This document shows positions 1 to 11,960 of a DNA stretch of 64,000 nt, piece after piece. The position numbers were made by a program, and so were the translations under genes. The stretch is from Schizosaccharomyces osmophilus. Taxonomy: Eukaryota. The notes under the pieces are model-generated. The model saw only the letters and a program-made list of their open reading frames with translations. It did no database searches and had not been told where the DNA came from. The stretch lies in contig NC_079239.1 of assembly GCF_027921745.1 (NCBI RefSeq), positions 3,224,001-3,288,000 on the forward strand, read 5' to 3'. Positions within the stretch are counted from its first letter, which is position 1. The number at the start of each line of letters is the position of its first letter.

Positions 1-2
1 TT

Positions 3-416
3 TTAGCTTGCGACGTCAGAATTCATTTCATGAGATTCGGCTGTATTGTTAGCCAGGGAGCTTTTTACATCGAGTCCTATGTTTTGAAGTGAAGTCAGTT
101 TTGTCTTTAGTTGCTCTAAATCTGTTTCGTTGTAGTGCAAACTTGGTACGGTGGTAGATGAAGAATTGCATAACCAGAACGATTTTAATTGCCTTGATAT
201 ATCCAGTAGCTGTTCCACAGCACGAATCATCGAAAGAGTGTGACACTCAATTTGATATACCTCTGATGATACTGTATTTTTATCCTTTCCTTGGTTCATT
301 GCAATATCTGCAATATCCTGAAATCGAGACAAAAGTGTTTGCGTAGCACCGTCTATGGAAGTATTGAGAGCATTTGTATGTTGAGTAAGTCGTCTTTGGA
401 AGCTTTCCGACGACAT
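3..416 (-). CDS. med22: Mediator head subunit Med22 (Srb6)
   Basis: 137 aa intronless ORF; the helical segment 'TLSMIRAVEQLLDISRQLKSFW' is typical of Med22/Srb6; syntenic context. Confidence 0.85.
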   Translation of the reverse strand: MSSESFQRRLTQHTNALNTSIDGATQTLLSRFQDIADIAMNQGKDKNTVSSEVYQIECHTLSMIRAVEQLLDISRQLKSFWLCNSSSTTVPSLHYNETDLEQLKTKLTSLQNIGLDVKSSLANNTAESHEMNSDVAS

Positions 417-783
417 AATGAAATGAGTAGGACCCTTTCGGCGTACTTTACAAACGAACGCGATTAATGAATGAAGCTGTTTTACTTCCTATAACGCAAA
501 ATCCGGCTGCCAAACTGTTACTAATTTGAATGCCTTTTAAAAGCAAAGTTTAATTTTATACAATTTGACGACAAAGTACTATGAGCTGTAAAACCTCAAC
601 TACTCTTTTGGAAACGTTAGATATATGTTTCTCTTGCGGTACAACTTTCGCGTACAAATTTCTTAAAAGCTCCCAGTAAGGAATTTATATCTAATTCTTT
701 TATTTATTATTTTTCTCTTGTTCAAAAGGTTTTGTTTCAGGTAAAACAAGAGCTACCAAATCTTATTTTTGATTCATTCCAAT

Positions 784-1906
784 ATGTCACATTCAGGTTT
801 TCATTATGGGCTGAATTTAATGAAAAAGCCCAATCAAGGGAACAAAAATGCTAGAATAAACTTTATGGAAGAGGAAGAAGATTCTTCTGACGAAGAAGCT
901 GTGCAGCCTTCCACTTTTCAGGCTGTTCAAGCGGTTCCAGTAGAGAAGCCTGAAAGGAAAGAAACTACAGAGAGCGATGCTTCAGGTATGTGCAAGTTAT
1001 CATTTCATTTTACTAATTGGCAACGCAGTTTATGGTTACGATGAATATTATGATTCTATGAAGAGTGCTGAGCGAGAACAACAGGAATTAAGAAGGGAGG
1101 AAGCACAAGAGCGACGCCCAAAATATATGGAAAAGCTTATTGAATCAGCTAAAACTAGAAAAAGAGATATGTTGATTGCTCGTGAGCGAGCGCTGCAAAA
1201 ACAACGAGAGTCAGAAGGTAATGATGGGTCTGAAAAGTTCGTCACAGGCAGTTATAAGTTGCACCGTGAAGAAATGGAAAAAGAAATTGAGGATAAGAGA
1301 AGAGAAGAGGAGGAGTTACAAGCTAAAAATTCCCGTGGTGGTGGTATGAAAGACTTTTATGCTAGTATGCTCGAGCAACAAGAGAAGGAGCATGAAAAAG
1401 CAATGCAAAGCACTGCATCACAAACCTCCAGCCAGCAACAGAATATTAGCGAAGAGAAATCCAACAAAGCTTCTTTGTTGGAGACTCAAAAGGCGGATAA
1501 ATCTCTTGAATTGAACGACAATAATGAAATTATTGATCAGAGGCATGTACTTTCAGCCGGTTTGAATATCCCAAAACCTCCGACTACGAAATCGTCTTTA
1601 CCAGCGTCTCGTGTCCCTACTGATGGGCCACGTCGAAATCAAGGGGCTTTTGAATATGAACCAAGAAAGAGCAGACATAATCTTAAAGGATCGAAAGATA
1701 TTTACTCTTTGGAGCAAGTTGGAGAACAAAAACGAAAGTACGAGGAGGAACAAAAGTTAAAGAAGGAAAAAGAAGAAGAAAAGCGAAGAGAAATTGCATT
1801 GAAATCTCATACGCCAAAGACAACGAGCCAAGATCAAGTTTTGTCTGCCCGCGAGAGATATTTAAAAAGAAAACGCGAAGCTGCCAAATCAGAAGGCGAT
1901 TCATAA
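784..1906 (+). CDS. NSRP1/CCDC55-like nuclear speckle splicing regulator; 2 exons (784-985, 1029-1906)
   Basis: Intron 986-1028 (GTATGT...TACTAAT...CAG) joins two ORFs in frame (DAS|VYGYDEYYDSMK); motifs YGL, YDEYYD, PKYMEKL, EKFVTGSY and C-terminal SARERYLKRK. Confidence 0.8.
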
Positions 1907-2258
1907 AGAGTATATACCAAACCATTTCTTTTATATATTACAAAACTACAGGATTCCTGTGTCAATTTAGGTTATTGCTTGAAATGTTAAAAAGGTTAAA
2001 ACAAGGAATTATAATCATCTACACAAAGTATACATTTCAAAAAATTAAAAAGGTGATATGGAAACATAATTAATTGCCAATAAGAAAAGCAAAGGGACAG
2101 ATAGCATAAAGAAAAGTTCATAATTCATATAAATATAAATATGCAATCAATCGCACACGGAAGAATTTAAGGTAAAAAGACAAGTTTATAACGAAGGAAA
2201 AGTAAAAACGAATGCAAGCCTAGATCAGTAAGACACGCACCAAGGAGATTTTTGGTTT

Positions 2259-2690
2259 TTACTTAGCCATGATGCGTTGCACGAATTCGTGATAATTGAA
2301 ACTACCTGAATTAGTAGGATCAGCTTCCTGGACCATCAGCTGGACTTCATGCTCAGGTAACTTTTCTCCTAAGGTCATCATGTACTCGGCAAATTTGGCA
2401 GTTTCGATGTAACCGCTATTGTCCGCATCAAAGACAGTAAAAGCTTTCACAAATTCTTCTTCAGATTCAGTCTCGTTTAATTTTAATTTAGCAAAATTTA
2501 TAAACTTCTTTTCATCAATAGCGTCACCGATCTCGCTGGATAACTTTGTTAATTCAGCATCTGAAACATTGATACCCAAGCTTCTTAGTACGGAGCCCAC
2601 ATGGCTTGAGGGAATAAGTCCATCTCTATCAATATCATATAGGGTAAATGCCTCTTTCATTTCATCCATCTGTTCTTTTGAAGGAGCCAT
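2259..2690 (-). CDS. cam2: Myosin I light chain Cam2 (calmodulin-like EF-hand protein)
   Basis: ATG at 2690 (MAPSKEQMDEMKEAFTLYDIDRDG); 143 aa with EF-hand-like motifs. Confidence 0.9.
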   Translation of the reverse strand: MAPSKEQMDEMKEAFTLYDIDRDGLIPSSHVGSVLRSLGINVSDAELTKLSSEIGDAIDEKKFINFAKLKLNETESEEEFVKAFTVFDADNSGYIETAKFAEYMMTLGEKLPEHEVQLMVQEADPTNSGSFNYHEFVQRIMAK

Positions 2691-2908
2691 CTTTCTATTC
2701 GTATACTTATTACGACTAAATTTCAAGTTCCTGAATCTGGAAACGCGATATATAAATAAGAACGTAAAGGAAATCCGATCAAGCTCTTTGAATAGGTAAC
2801 ACTTTCTGTTTCTACTGTTTAGAAGAAAGCTATAAGTTTCTGGCGCTAGTTGAGAGCAAGGTACGAAGGTGACGAAAATACCCAATCAAGGTAACATATA
2901 TGAGAGGT

Positions 2909-2917
2909 GTAAACAAA
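2909..2917 (+). promoter_or_regulatory. Forkhead FLEX core motif (GTAAACAAA) upstream of cam2
   Basis: Exact GTAAACAAA about 220 nt upstream of the cam2 ATG. Confidence 0.45.
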
Positions 2918-3582
2918 CACGGAACTTTACTTCTATTTAAATGGTGTATTTACAGGTAAAACAAGTAGAAAGGAATGTATTTACTAATAATATAGAGCAG
3001 TTCAAAATTTAGAGAAGTCTTTTGTTGGTATTTTTCTTTCGGTACGCTGTAAAATGAGGGAATTGAAGGAAATGCTCAACAATTTCAATAGTAACGATTG
3101 AACAAACTAGTATGAAAGGGACTAGCAATTTTGAATAATAAAGCAAGCATCCATTAGAAGTTTTTTGAATTTTTGCAGAGGGAAAGATCGCACTGTGATC
3201 CTTGCATCGTAAATCCCATACAATACTATGCAGAGATTTATTGAACCCACATTCTACCACTTCAATAACAAAATATTAGAATCCCTAAAACAATATGAAA
3301 AGGAAAAGACGTCTTGAAATGCCCTAATTAAAAAAAATTCCTTTTTCTAAAAGAAACTCGTTTATTTACTAACGCAGTAATTAAAGAAGATTCTATTTCT
3401 CGTAAAACACAATTCCGCAGAAAGCAATTTCGGAAATTTAAATAGCGAGGAACAATGCGTCCGTGTTGACCATGGTAGTCACGACCTTACAACGACGAAA
3501 TATTTTCTGACGCCTGCCAACATCGCTGGTCTTAGGACAGATACATTAAAGAACCCGATTTTACCATCATTTCGATAGTAAA

Positions 3583-5037
3583 ATGGCAGAATCGAAATCA
3601 GAGACTGAATTTAAGATCCAGCCCGAAGCCATTTCGGCTAGCAAAATCAACACTGAAGAATGGCCTTTGCTGTTGAAAAACTTTGACAAGCTTCTTGTCC
3701 GTACTGGCCATTATACTCCTATCCCTTGTGGTAGCAACCCTTTAAAGCGCCCAATTGCTGACTATGTCTCCTCTGGTGTGATGAATCTGGACAAGCCAGC
3801 AAATCCATCTTCTCACGAAGTTGTCGCCTGGGTGAAAAAAATTCTTCGTGTCGAGAAGACTGGCCACAGTGGTACTTTGGATCCCAAGGTCACTGGTTGC
3901 TTGATTATTTGCAATGACCGCGCCACTCGTCTTGTAAAATCCCAACAAAGCGCTGGTAAGGAGTACGTCTGTATTTTGCGTCTTCACGATGCTATCGAGA
4001 ACGAGCGCAAGCTTGCTTCCTCTATCGAGACCCTCACCGGTGCCTTGTTCCAGCGTCCTCCTTTAATTTCCGCTGTTAAGCGTCAATTGCGTATCCGTAG
4101 CATTTACGAATCCAAGTTGGTTGAATTTGACGAAGATAGAAATCTTGCCATCTTTTGGGCCAGCTGTGAAGCTGGTACGTACATGCGTACCCTTTGTGTT
4201 CACCTTGGTCTTTTGCTTGGTGTTGGTGCTCATATGCAAGAACTTCGTCGTGTCCGTTCTGGTTGTTTGTCTGAAAACGACGACATCATTACCATGCACG
4301 ATATCTTAGATGCCCAATGGGTTTATGACAACACTCGTGATGAATCTTACTTGCGTCGTGTCATTCGCCCCTTGGAGTCTCTCCTTGTTGGCTATAAGCG
4401 TGTTGTCGTTAAAGACAGTGCTGTGAACGCTGTTTGCTACGGTGCCAAGTTGATGATTCCTGGCCTTCTCCGCTATGAGTCTGGCATCGAAGTAAACGAG
4501 GAAGTTGTCCTTATGACCACTAAGGGTGAAGCTATTGCTGTCGGTATTGCTCAAATGTCTACTGTTGAGCTTTCGACTTGCGACCATGGCGTTGTTGCCA
4601 AGGTGAAGCGTTGCATCATGGAACGTGATCTTTATCCCAGACGTTGGGGTCTTGGTCCTCAAAGCATGAAGAAGAAGAGTATGAAGAAGGATGGTAAGCT
4701 TGACAAGTTTGGCCGTCCCAACGAAAATACCCCTTCCGAATGGTCCAAGAGCTACATTGACTACAACGACCCTAATGCTCCTGCTGCTACTGCAGTGGCT
4801 GCCCCAACTCCAGTTCCCGAGGCTGTTCCTGAGCATGCTCCTGCCGTTGAAGCTGATGCCGAGAAGAAGGACGAGTCTTCTAAGAAGCGCAAGTCTGAAT
4901 CTGAAGACGATGACGCTGCCAAGAAGGAGGAAAAAAGACGGAAGAAGGAAGAAAAGAAGGAAAAGAAGGAAAAGAAAGAAGACAAGAAAGAGAAGAAGGA
5001 GAAGAAAGACAAAAAGGAAAAGAAAAAGTCAGAGTAA
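3583..5037 (+). CDS. cbf5: H/ACA snoRNP pseudouridine synthase Cbf5 (dyskerin)
   Basis: [10 protein letters not shown] and GHSGTLDP catalytic motifs, PUA domain, lysine-rich KKE/D tail. Confidence 0.98.
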   Translation: MAESKSETEFKIQPEAISASKINTEEWPLLLKNFDKLLVRTGHYTPIPCGSNPLKRPIADYVSSGVMNLDKPANPSSHEVVAWVKKILRVEKTGHSGTLDPKVTGCLIICNDRATRLVKSQQSAGKEYVCILRLHDAIENERKLASSIETLTGALFQRPPLISAVKRQLRIRSIYESKLVEFDEDRNLAIFWASCEAGTYMRTLCVHLGLLLGVGAHMQELRRVRSGCLSENDDIITMHDILDAQWVYDNTRDESYLRRVIRPLESLLVGYKRVVVKDSAVNAVCYGAKLMIPGLLRYESGIEVNEEVVLMTTKGEAIAVGIAQMSTVELSTCDHGVVAKVKRCIMERDLYPRRWGLGPQSMKKKSMKKDGKLDKFGRPNENTPSEWSKSYIDYNDPNAPAATAVAAPTPVPEAVPEHAPAVEADAEKKDESSKKRKSESEDDDAAKKEEKRRKKEEKKEKKEKKEDKKEKKEKKDKKEKKKSE

Positions 5038-5600
5038 AGTTGCTGAAGGAGCGTGAATTTTCAATCACGTACAAGAATTGTTAATTCTATATTGTTTGGT
5101 TTAGGGGTCTTTTTTGGAAAATTCGCTTTTACAATCTTTCTAGCGATGTAAGTTTAATGGTGAAAAAACTTCTCCTTCTATAGCTTTTCTGTTTTGTCAA
5201 GATCACGAGGATCTTTTGTGTTTCTTATGCTCCTTTTGACTTATTAAAAAAGAAACATTTGAGTTAAACCTATTCACTAGTTATAATAACAATATTTGAA
5301 AGTTTTTGGATATTATACTTGGCATCCTTTGCGAAGGGCGTAGAGAATATGATCAAACGAACGACAAGAAAGATAATTCTTGTCAATAAGCCATATTAAA
5401 TTCTTTTATTCTTTAGTTTTTCATTTCTACAACTCAAGAAGGCATCATTCATTTCAGTCGGAGCACATCTATACATCCATTTAGCGTGTAGCGGTAGACT
5501 CCCCTATATATGGAAGGTGCTATTTACGCACTTTACGAACGACTTGGCAGGAGCAGCAATCATCTTTCTTTCAGATCTAAAATTGTGAAGGCTTAGTCAA

Positions 5601-6413
5601 ATGTTCCAAGCATTGACTCGCATAAAGGGTTTCCCAAGACTTCCTAAATACCCGGTGGCCCTGCCATTGACTCCAAAATGGAACTTTCGAGGGTTTCATC
5701 TTGTTCCGGAAAGCTCATCGTATTTTACGTCGAACGCGCGTTTTAATGAAGTTTGTTTGTATTTGGAAGATCTCCTAAAGTATGCTCCGAAAATATACGC
5801 GGAAGTAACCCCCGAAATACAATGGAAAACATTACGGCAATATCAAAACGACTTTTCAGATCCAAAAACGTCGAGAGTGGGCTATAGAAGGATTGTTGAA
5901 CTTCTTGATTCTCTGAATAAGATTTCTCCATCTTTTAGAACTGGATCGATTCAACAAGTGATTGATAGATTTACTCGTCCTTCTACCCAGGGACTTCAGA
6001 ATCAGAGGAAGGTTATGCCTGACGAAAAAGGCCTAGTTATGGCAACAGGAAGACGCAAAAGTAGTAAAGCAACAGTGAAGATTATTCGTGGGACTGGAGA
6101 AGTGTTCGTCAACGGTTTTCCCCTGGCCTCATACTTTCAACGCCTTGCACATCGACGACATGCCCTATATCCTTTGGTGGCTACCAACACTCTTACTAAA
6201 TACAATGTTTGGATGGTCGTCCACGGCGGTGGGCCGACCGGTCAGAGCGGAGCTATCCATTCAGCAGTATCAAAAGCCTTGAAGATTCACAATATTTTCC
6301 TAGAAGGTCCTCTTCGTGAAGCCGGTTGCGTCGAAAATGATAAGCGAAAGGTGGAACGGAAAAAGACTGGACAACCAAAGGCAAGAAAGAAGTATACCTG
6401 GGTCAAGCGTTAA
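5601..6413 (+). CDS. mrps9: Mitochondrial ribosomal protein uS9
   Basis: GRRKSSKA, GGGPTGQSGAI and ERKKTGQPKARKKYTWVKR uS9 signatures; basic N-terminal presequence. Confidence 0.95.
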   Translation: MFQALTRIKGFPRLPKYPVALPLTPKWNFRGFHLVPESSSYFTSNARFNEVCLYLEDLLKYAPKIYAEVTPEIQWKTLRQYQNDFSDPKTSRVGYRRIVELLDSLNKISPSFRTGSIQQVIDRFTRPSTQGLQNQRKVMPDEKGLVMATGRRKSSKATVKIIRGTGEVFVNGFPLASYFQRLAHRRHALYPLVATNTLTKYNVWMVVHGGGPTGQSGAIHSAVSKALKIHNIFLEGPLREAGCVENDKRKVERKKTGQPKARKKYTWVKR

Positions 6414-6849
6414 AGCGGCTCTTTTTATTCAGTTCCTCCCTACTTATACCTACACTACAACACGTTTTCTCTGATCATTTCCCCTCTCCCTTTTCCTCTT
6501 TGTCATAACAAGAGGAAAGAAAATGTGCCGCTATCATGAATTTATTCACCCTCTTCTTGGACTTGTTCAAATTTCACCTCTGTTTTCATTACTATGAAAA
6601 AATTGTCATGCACTATTCAAATAATGCAGAATTTCATTTTTGTGAGTTTTTTTCTGCACTAAAACTCTTCATTTTCCTTTTCTCCCTCATACAACATCTA
6701 TTTCTTTTTTTTCCTTTTTTTATTTTCCGAGTGTTTATTTACTACTTTTTCGCGTTGCCACAACAACTAAAATTTGTGTCAACTTTTGCACCATAAAAGT
6801 TTTATTTAAAGGACTTTTCCCTTTTTTTTTTTACCACACAACTACCACC

Positions 6850-8316
6850 ATGTCTGTCGGTACTGTCTACGGAAATACTCTCTCTTTTCGCGTGGCTACT
6901 GCTATGTCTACCGCCGCTGTCGCCGGTATTAAGGTAGACAACAAGGAAGTTGCCTTTGGCGATTTCCCAGCTGACCTCGCTGCCAAATTCCCTCAGAAGA
7001 AGGTTCCCGTTTTCGTTGGTCAAGACGGTTACTTGCTTTCTCAAGCCATTGCTATTGCACTTTATTGTAAGTAAACACGTGTTTAAAGTCTCTTTTTAAG
7101 TAAATCGGTGATGAAAACCGAAGAAAACGAAAAGTTTTTGCGCGAGCAAAATTTTTGGAAGATTCCGAGAAGTTTTGTTTTATGATGAGAATAATTTTTT
7201 TACAGTTATCCCTGTCTAAAAAATAGTGTTGAGAATGGTAAATCTGAACATGCGTAAAAACTTTTTTGTTTTCCTTAAAAAACACTTTTTAAGTTTATAT
7301 TGGACTTTTTACTAACTTTTTTAGTTGCTTCTTTTGATAAGACCGGTGTTCTCCTTGGTCAAGCTGCTGAAGAAAAGGCCAAGATCTTCCAATATGTCTC
7401 TTACTTCAACACCGAGTTTGCAAGTGCTGGACTTCCCTGGACTCTTGGCCGTTTGATTGGACCCTACAACGCTAATGTTGAGAAGCAAGCTCAAGCCTCT
7501 GTCGCTGCTGAATTGACTGTTTTGAACGAATTGCTTGCTGACAAGACCTACCTCGTTGGCTCTCGTCTCACTTTGGCTGATGTCTTTGCTGTCAACTCTT
7601 TGAGCTGTGTCATTCGTTTTGTTCTTACCAAGAGCGAATTAGCCAAGTACGCTCATGTCCAACGCTACTACAGCACCATGTACCACCAATGTGGTTTGGA
7701 CAGCATCATTGGACCTCTCAGTTTTGTTGAGAAGATGCCCGAGATCCCTAAGCCCAAGGCTAAGGAAGAACCCAAGCCTAAAGAAGAACCCAAGAAGGAG
7801 CAAAAGCCCGCCGAAGCCGCCGCTCCCGCTCCTAAGCCTAAGCACCCTCTTGCTGCTCTCCCCAATGGTGAGTTGAACATTGAGGAATTCAAGCGTGTTT
7901 ATACCAACCAAGACACCCGTACTGGCTCTCTTCCTTGGTTTTTTGAACACTTTGATCCCGAGAACTACTCTGTTTGGAAGATTGACTACGCCTACCCTGA
8001 AGATTTGAAGCAAGCCGTCTTTATGACTTGCAACTTAATTGGTGGTTTCTTCCAAAGACTTGAAGCTTCTCGTAAGTTCATCTTTGGCTGCTGCTTGGTC
8101 ATTGGTGAGAACGGAGACAACACCATCACTGGTGCCTTCGTAATCAAGGGTCAAGATCACGTCCCTGCGTTTGAGGTTGCTCCTGACTGGGAATCTTACA
8201 GCTTCAGCAAGCTTGACGTTTCCAAGCCAGAGGACAAGGCCTTCATTGAAGACGCCTGGTCTTGGGACAAGCCTATGTTCGGCCGTGAAGTTGCCGATGG
8301 CAAGGTCTGCAAGTAA
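6850..8316 (+). CDS. tef3: Translation elongation factor EF-1B gamma; 2 exons (6850-7066, 7325-8316)
   Basis: GST-like N-terminal domain plus EF1G C-terminal domain (FKRVYTNQDT, APDWESY); 258-nt intron GTAAGT...TACTAAC...TAG joins ALY|FASF in frame; strong codon bias. Confidence 0.96.
7176..7251 (+). ncRNA. snR38: Intronic box C/D snoRNA, snR38 orthologue (LSU rRNA 2'-O-methylation guide)
   Basis: Box C ATGATGA 7182-7188; guide CAGTTATCCCTGT 7203-7215 complementary to the conserved LSU rRNA segment ACAGGGAUAACUG; D' CTAA 7216-7219; C' GTGTTGA 7226-7232; box D CTGA 7244-7247; short TGTT/AACA terminal stem; host is an EF-1B gamma intron, as for yeast snR38. Confidence 0.9.
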
Positions 8317-9244
8317 GCAGACGAAACCCGAATCGAGTTTTTTGTTTCAATTGTATTTTAAGGAAAAGATATGTTAATTTTTGGCAGTTCTGAAAAGATG
8401 GATCAAGTTGCATTTCCGCGTGAAGTTCTTACCGATGATATTGTGTGGTGGTAATGTGCGTGAAGGAGGAACAGCTAGCTGTTGTGCGATTCAGAAGTTG
8501 TGTTTCTACAACATGTGCATAGTTTAGAAATGAAATGCACAAGGAAACGAACTAGTAGAAATGTCATTTGAAGTCATATTTCAGAAATGGAATTTAATAT
8601 TGTTTATTGAAGGATAAAAAAGTGAGGTTGATTTTTGTAGCATGGTGTAGCAGCATACATACCGTAATGAGGTAAAGAGATACAAGAAAATGAGAGAATA
8701 AGATGAACAAAAGCAAAAGCATACAAGCAAAGCAGCATTTTTAAAATTTGGTTTGGTTTGGTTTGGTTTATAAGTTTTAAGCAAAATCATGTATAGAAGG
8801 ACTTGGAATGGATGATGGATGAAAGAGTCACTTTTCTTTCTTGGAATTAGGTCAAACATATTCTTTAATTTCTGATCCTGTGTATATGAATAAGTTGTTT
8901 TATAAACATTGATTTATTTCTTCATAATTCCCTGCTAACATTTCGTTCTTTTCCTTTCTTTATTTAGTGGGTGAGTGGATGAATTCTTACTTCAATTACC
9001 GGTTGAGAAGCATTGCCTAAGAAAAGAGCGAATTCCAATAAAACTCATTGAAATTCGAGTGTTAACATAGACGGAACCAAAGAAAGTCAAGAGAAAGGAA
9101 AGCCTGACATCAAGGTGAAGTACGAGCTGGAAATGGTTACGTTTGGGTTGCATAATGTAAATAGATCTTTCAGCATTTAACATGGCGTACTAGTGTCAAA
9201 CGCAACAATTGAAATTGTTCCGGTATAAAATGATGATTTAAGAA

Positions 9245-11219
9245 ATGCAAGGACTATTGAAATTTACCAAATTCCAACCACTATACAGTTCAGGATACTC
9301 AAAAGCGAGATCGTTGGTACAACCATTACAACTTTTGATTCAGAGACGAAAATTCAGCATGAGCAATTTAGTTGGAAAGCAAGGAAAAGGCGTACAAGGC
9401 CGACAATACGAATTGGATTTTGACCGCACTACCGTCGCTAAGAATGGAACAAAAACAGAAGCCAAAGTGCTGGGTACTGCATTTAATGTTCTTTTAGTTC
9501 GAGCAAAAAACCAATACTTTGCTACTGCTGGAAAATGTTCACGTATGTAATCAAGATAGGAATTTATTTGTGGCTTGAAACAAGTCAGGCTTGTTTAAGT
9601 AATCTGAATGTGGTCAAGACATACAAGCAATTTCCTGGACTTTTTCATTGTTTCCTGCTATTTTATACGATACTAACAAATACCAATGATTAGATTATGG
9701 TGCTCCTTTGGTCAACGGCGCTGTGACTTCGAACGGTAGAATCGTGTGCCCTTGGCACGGTGCTTGCTTCGACAGTGCAACAGGAGACGTCGAAGATTCA
9801 CCAGCCATTGCAGGGTTACGTACGTTTCCAATTTCGTCGGCGGAAGATGGCCGTCTTTTCATTGAGGTGGAAGATCAGGGCGATGGTGGTTCCAAGTTTT
9901 TGCAGCCCGCGGGTTGTTGGAGAAACAAGGCCGCCGAGGTTTACGAAAAAGGAAGCGTCCAAACTCAAGCCGCTGCTCCCCACGTATGCATTGTAGGCGG
10001 GGGCAAAGGAGCTTCTGTAGCTGCAGAGTACCTGCGTGAACGTAACTATAAAGGAAGAATCACCGTTCTCACCCGTGAAGATGTGACTCCCTATGACAGA
10101 CCCAAACTGTCGAAAACGTTACTTCATGACCATTCGAAAATTGCTTTACGTTCCAAAGAATATTATGATGACCTAGACATTGAATTCCGTTTCAAGTCTA
10201 ATGTAAACAAAATAGATCCTAAGGCAAAAACTGTCCACTTTGGAGAAAACGAATCCTTGGACTACTCAAAGCTTATTTTAGCTACTGGTGGTGAAGCCAA
10301 CAAATTTCCCCTTCCCGGCCTCGATGCCTCCAACGTTTATTGTCTTCGTTCCCTGGCAGATGCCACCAAGTTGGCATCTGCAACAAACGAATCCGGCAAG
10401 AAGAAGGACATTGCTATCATTGGAAGTAGTTTTATTGGACTCGAACTTGCCGTTGCTTTGAAGGATCATAATGTTTCTGTTGTCGGAATGGAGTCCGCAC
10501 CTTTTGAAAAAATCATGGGCAAAGAAATGGGTAATGCCATTAAAGCATTACACGAACAGAACAATATCCACTTTTTCTTGGAGAATTCCATAAAGGAGGC
10601 CCAGAAGTCCTCAGCCGACCCTTCCATTGTGGACAAGGTTGTTCTCAAGGATGGCGAAATCATACCCGCCGAGGTTGTTGTATTGGCAGTTGGTGTCAAA
10701 CCCAATTTGAGCTACATAGCAGACCATGTTCAGCTTGAAAAAGACGGAGGAGTAAAGGTAGACAAGAACTGCCGCGTCGAAGGTCTTGACGACGTGTATG
10801 CCGTTGGTGATATCGCTCATGCCCCTTATGCAGGATTACCTGAGAATGGAAACACACGTATCGAGCATTGGGACGTTGCTGGAAATACCGGTCGCGTTGC
10901 TGCAAATCACATTCTACTTGGCGAAAACGCTGAATACACCACCAAATCCTTTACTCCCTTCTTCTGGTCTGCACAGGGCAAGCAAATCAGATACTGTGGA
11001 AACAACGCCGCAGAAGGCTTTGACGATATCGTGGTTCAAGGATCAGTTCCCGATTACAAGTTTGCAATGTTTTATACTAAAGGAGAAAAAGTCGTTGGTG
11101 TCAGCAGCATCATGAAGGATCCCACTGTTTCTCAATGCTCTCGTCTTTTCCTTACAGGAAGCATGCCAACCAAATCCCAGTTGAAGGAAGGATTTGATGT
11201 TTGTTCCATTGGACTGTAA
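9245..11219 (+). CDS. aif1: Apoptosis-inducing factor homolog (Rieske 2Fe-2S plus FAD-dependent oxidoreductase); 2 exons (9245-9542, 9694-11219)
   Basis: Intron 9543-9693 (GTATGT...TACTAAC...TAG) rebuilds the Rieske motif CSH...[22 protein letters not shown] and AVGDIA reductase motifs. Confidence 0.92.
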
Positions 11220-11699
11220 ATAAACTGCTTCTTCGCATGATACGATCCTTTTAGTTATGCCTTATGCTTCTTAATGATATTACGTTTTATATCAAATTGA
11301 AAGTTCAAACACATCCACTACAAACATAATTCACATCACATTAATTTTTATTTACTAGTATAAACAGTGAATCATTATCTTCACCAAAACTATTCTAAAG
11401 ACCTTTTGCAAATGCCATTCATTGTTCTATCATCTGTATAGTGTTAATAAAATTTGAAATCCAACAAGAAATGAAGAGAAAGAAATCTTCAGAAAAAAGG
11501 CAATATAAGGTTATCCTCAAACACCAAAAGGCATCAGAACAGGTCTGTAAATATTTTTTCATCATTCAAAGAAATCTTTTTCTTATATAAATAAACATAC
11601 CATTAGTTTATTAAAACATCTCGTTCCTGATACAGAACATAGCATACTGAAAATGAAGTAAACATAAAGCTCAAATTTATAGCTAATATTGTTTCGATT

Positions 11700-11707
11700 T
11701 GTGACTG
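11700..11707 (-). promoter_or_regulatory. Homol D box (CAGTCACA/TGTGACTG) upstream of lrs1
   Basis: Exact TGTGACTG about 255 nt upstream of the ATG; a known fission-yeast core promoter element of ribosomal-protein and other housekeeping genes. Confidence 0.45.
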
Positions 11708-11960
11708 TTTTTCGCTTATAAGCAGGTTTGCTAGCCATCTGTGATTTCGATAACGCAGTCCAACCGAGATTGTAATCTATTGAGGCATCTTGTTACCACT
11801 TGTTTTCGCAGAGTTGCTACTCGTAAGACGAAACTTGCCAAATACCAAATAATTGTTTGACAAGCAAAACGCCGGAATTAGCAGCTTTGCTTGTAAACAA
11901 ATAGGAGGAACGATTGTTCTGAAAATTCAATTTGAACTTTACGTTCTGTAAGTGTCCAGG

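Noticed and set aside
3009..3260. 83-aa minus-strand ORF between cam2 and cbf5
   Set aside because: GTG start; the candidate upstream splice does not give an open frame from an ATG
4921..5030. AAG/GAA-rich repeat at the 3' end of cbf5
   Set aside because: Ordinary KKE/D tail of Cbf5-family nucleolar proteins
5482..5505. tRNA A-box-like TAGCGTGTAGCGGTAGAC
   Set aside because: No B box or cloverleaf follows
7109..7114. Second box C-like TGATGA in the tef3 intron
   Set aside because: No guide or box D of its own; the downstream box C has the terminal stem and correct spacing
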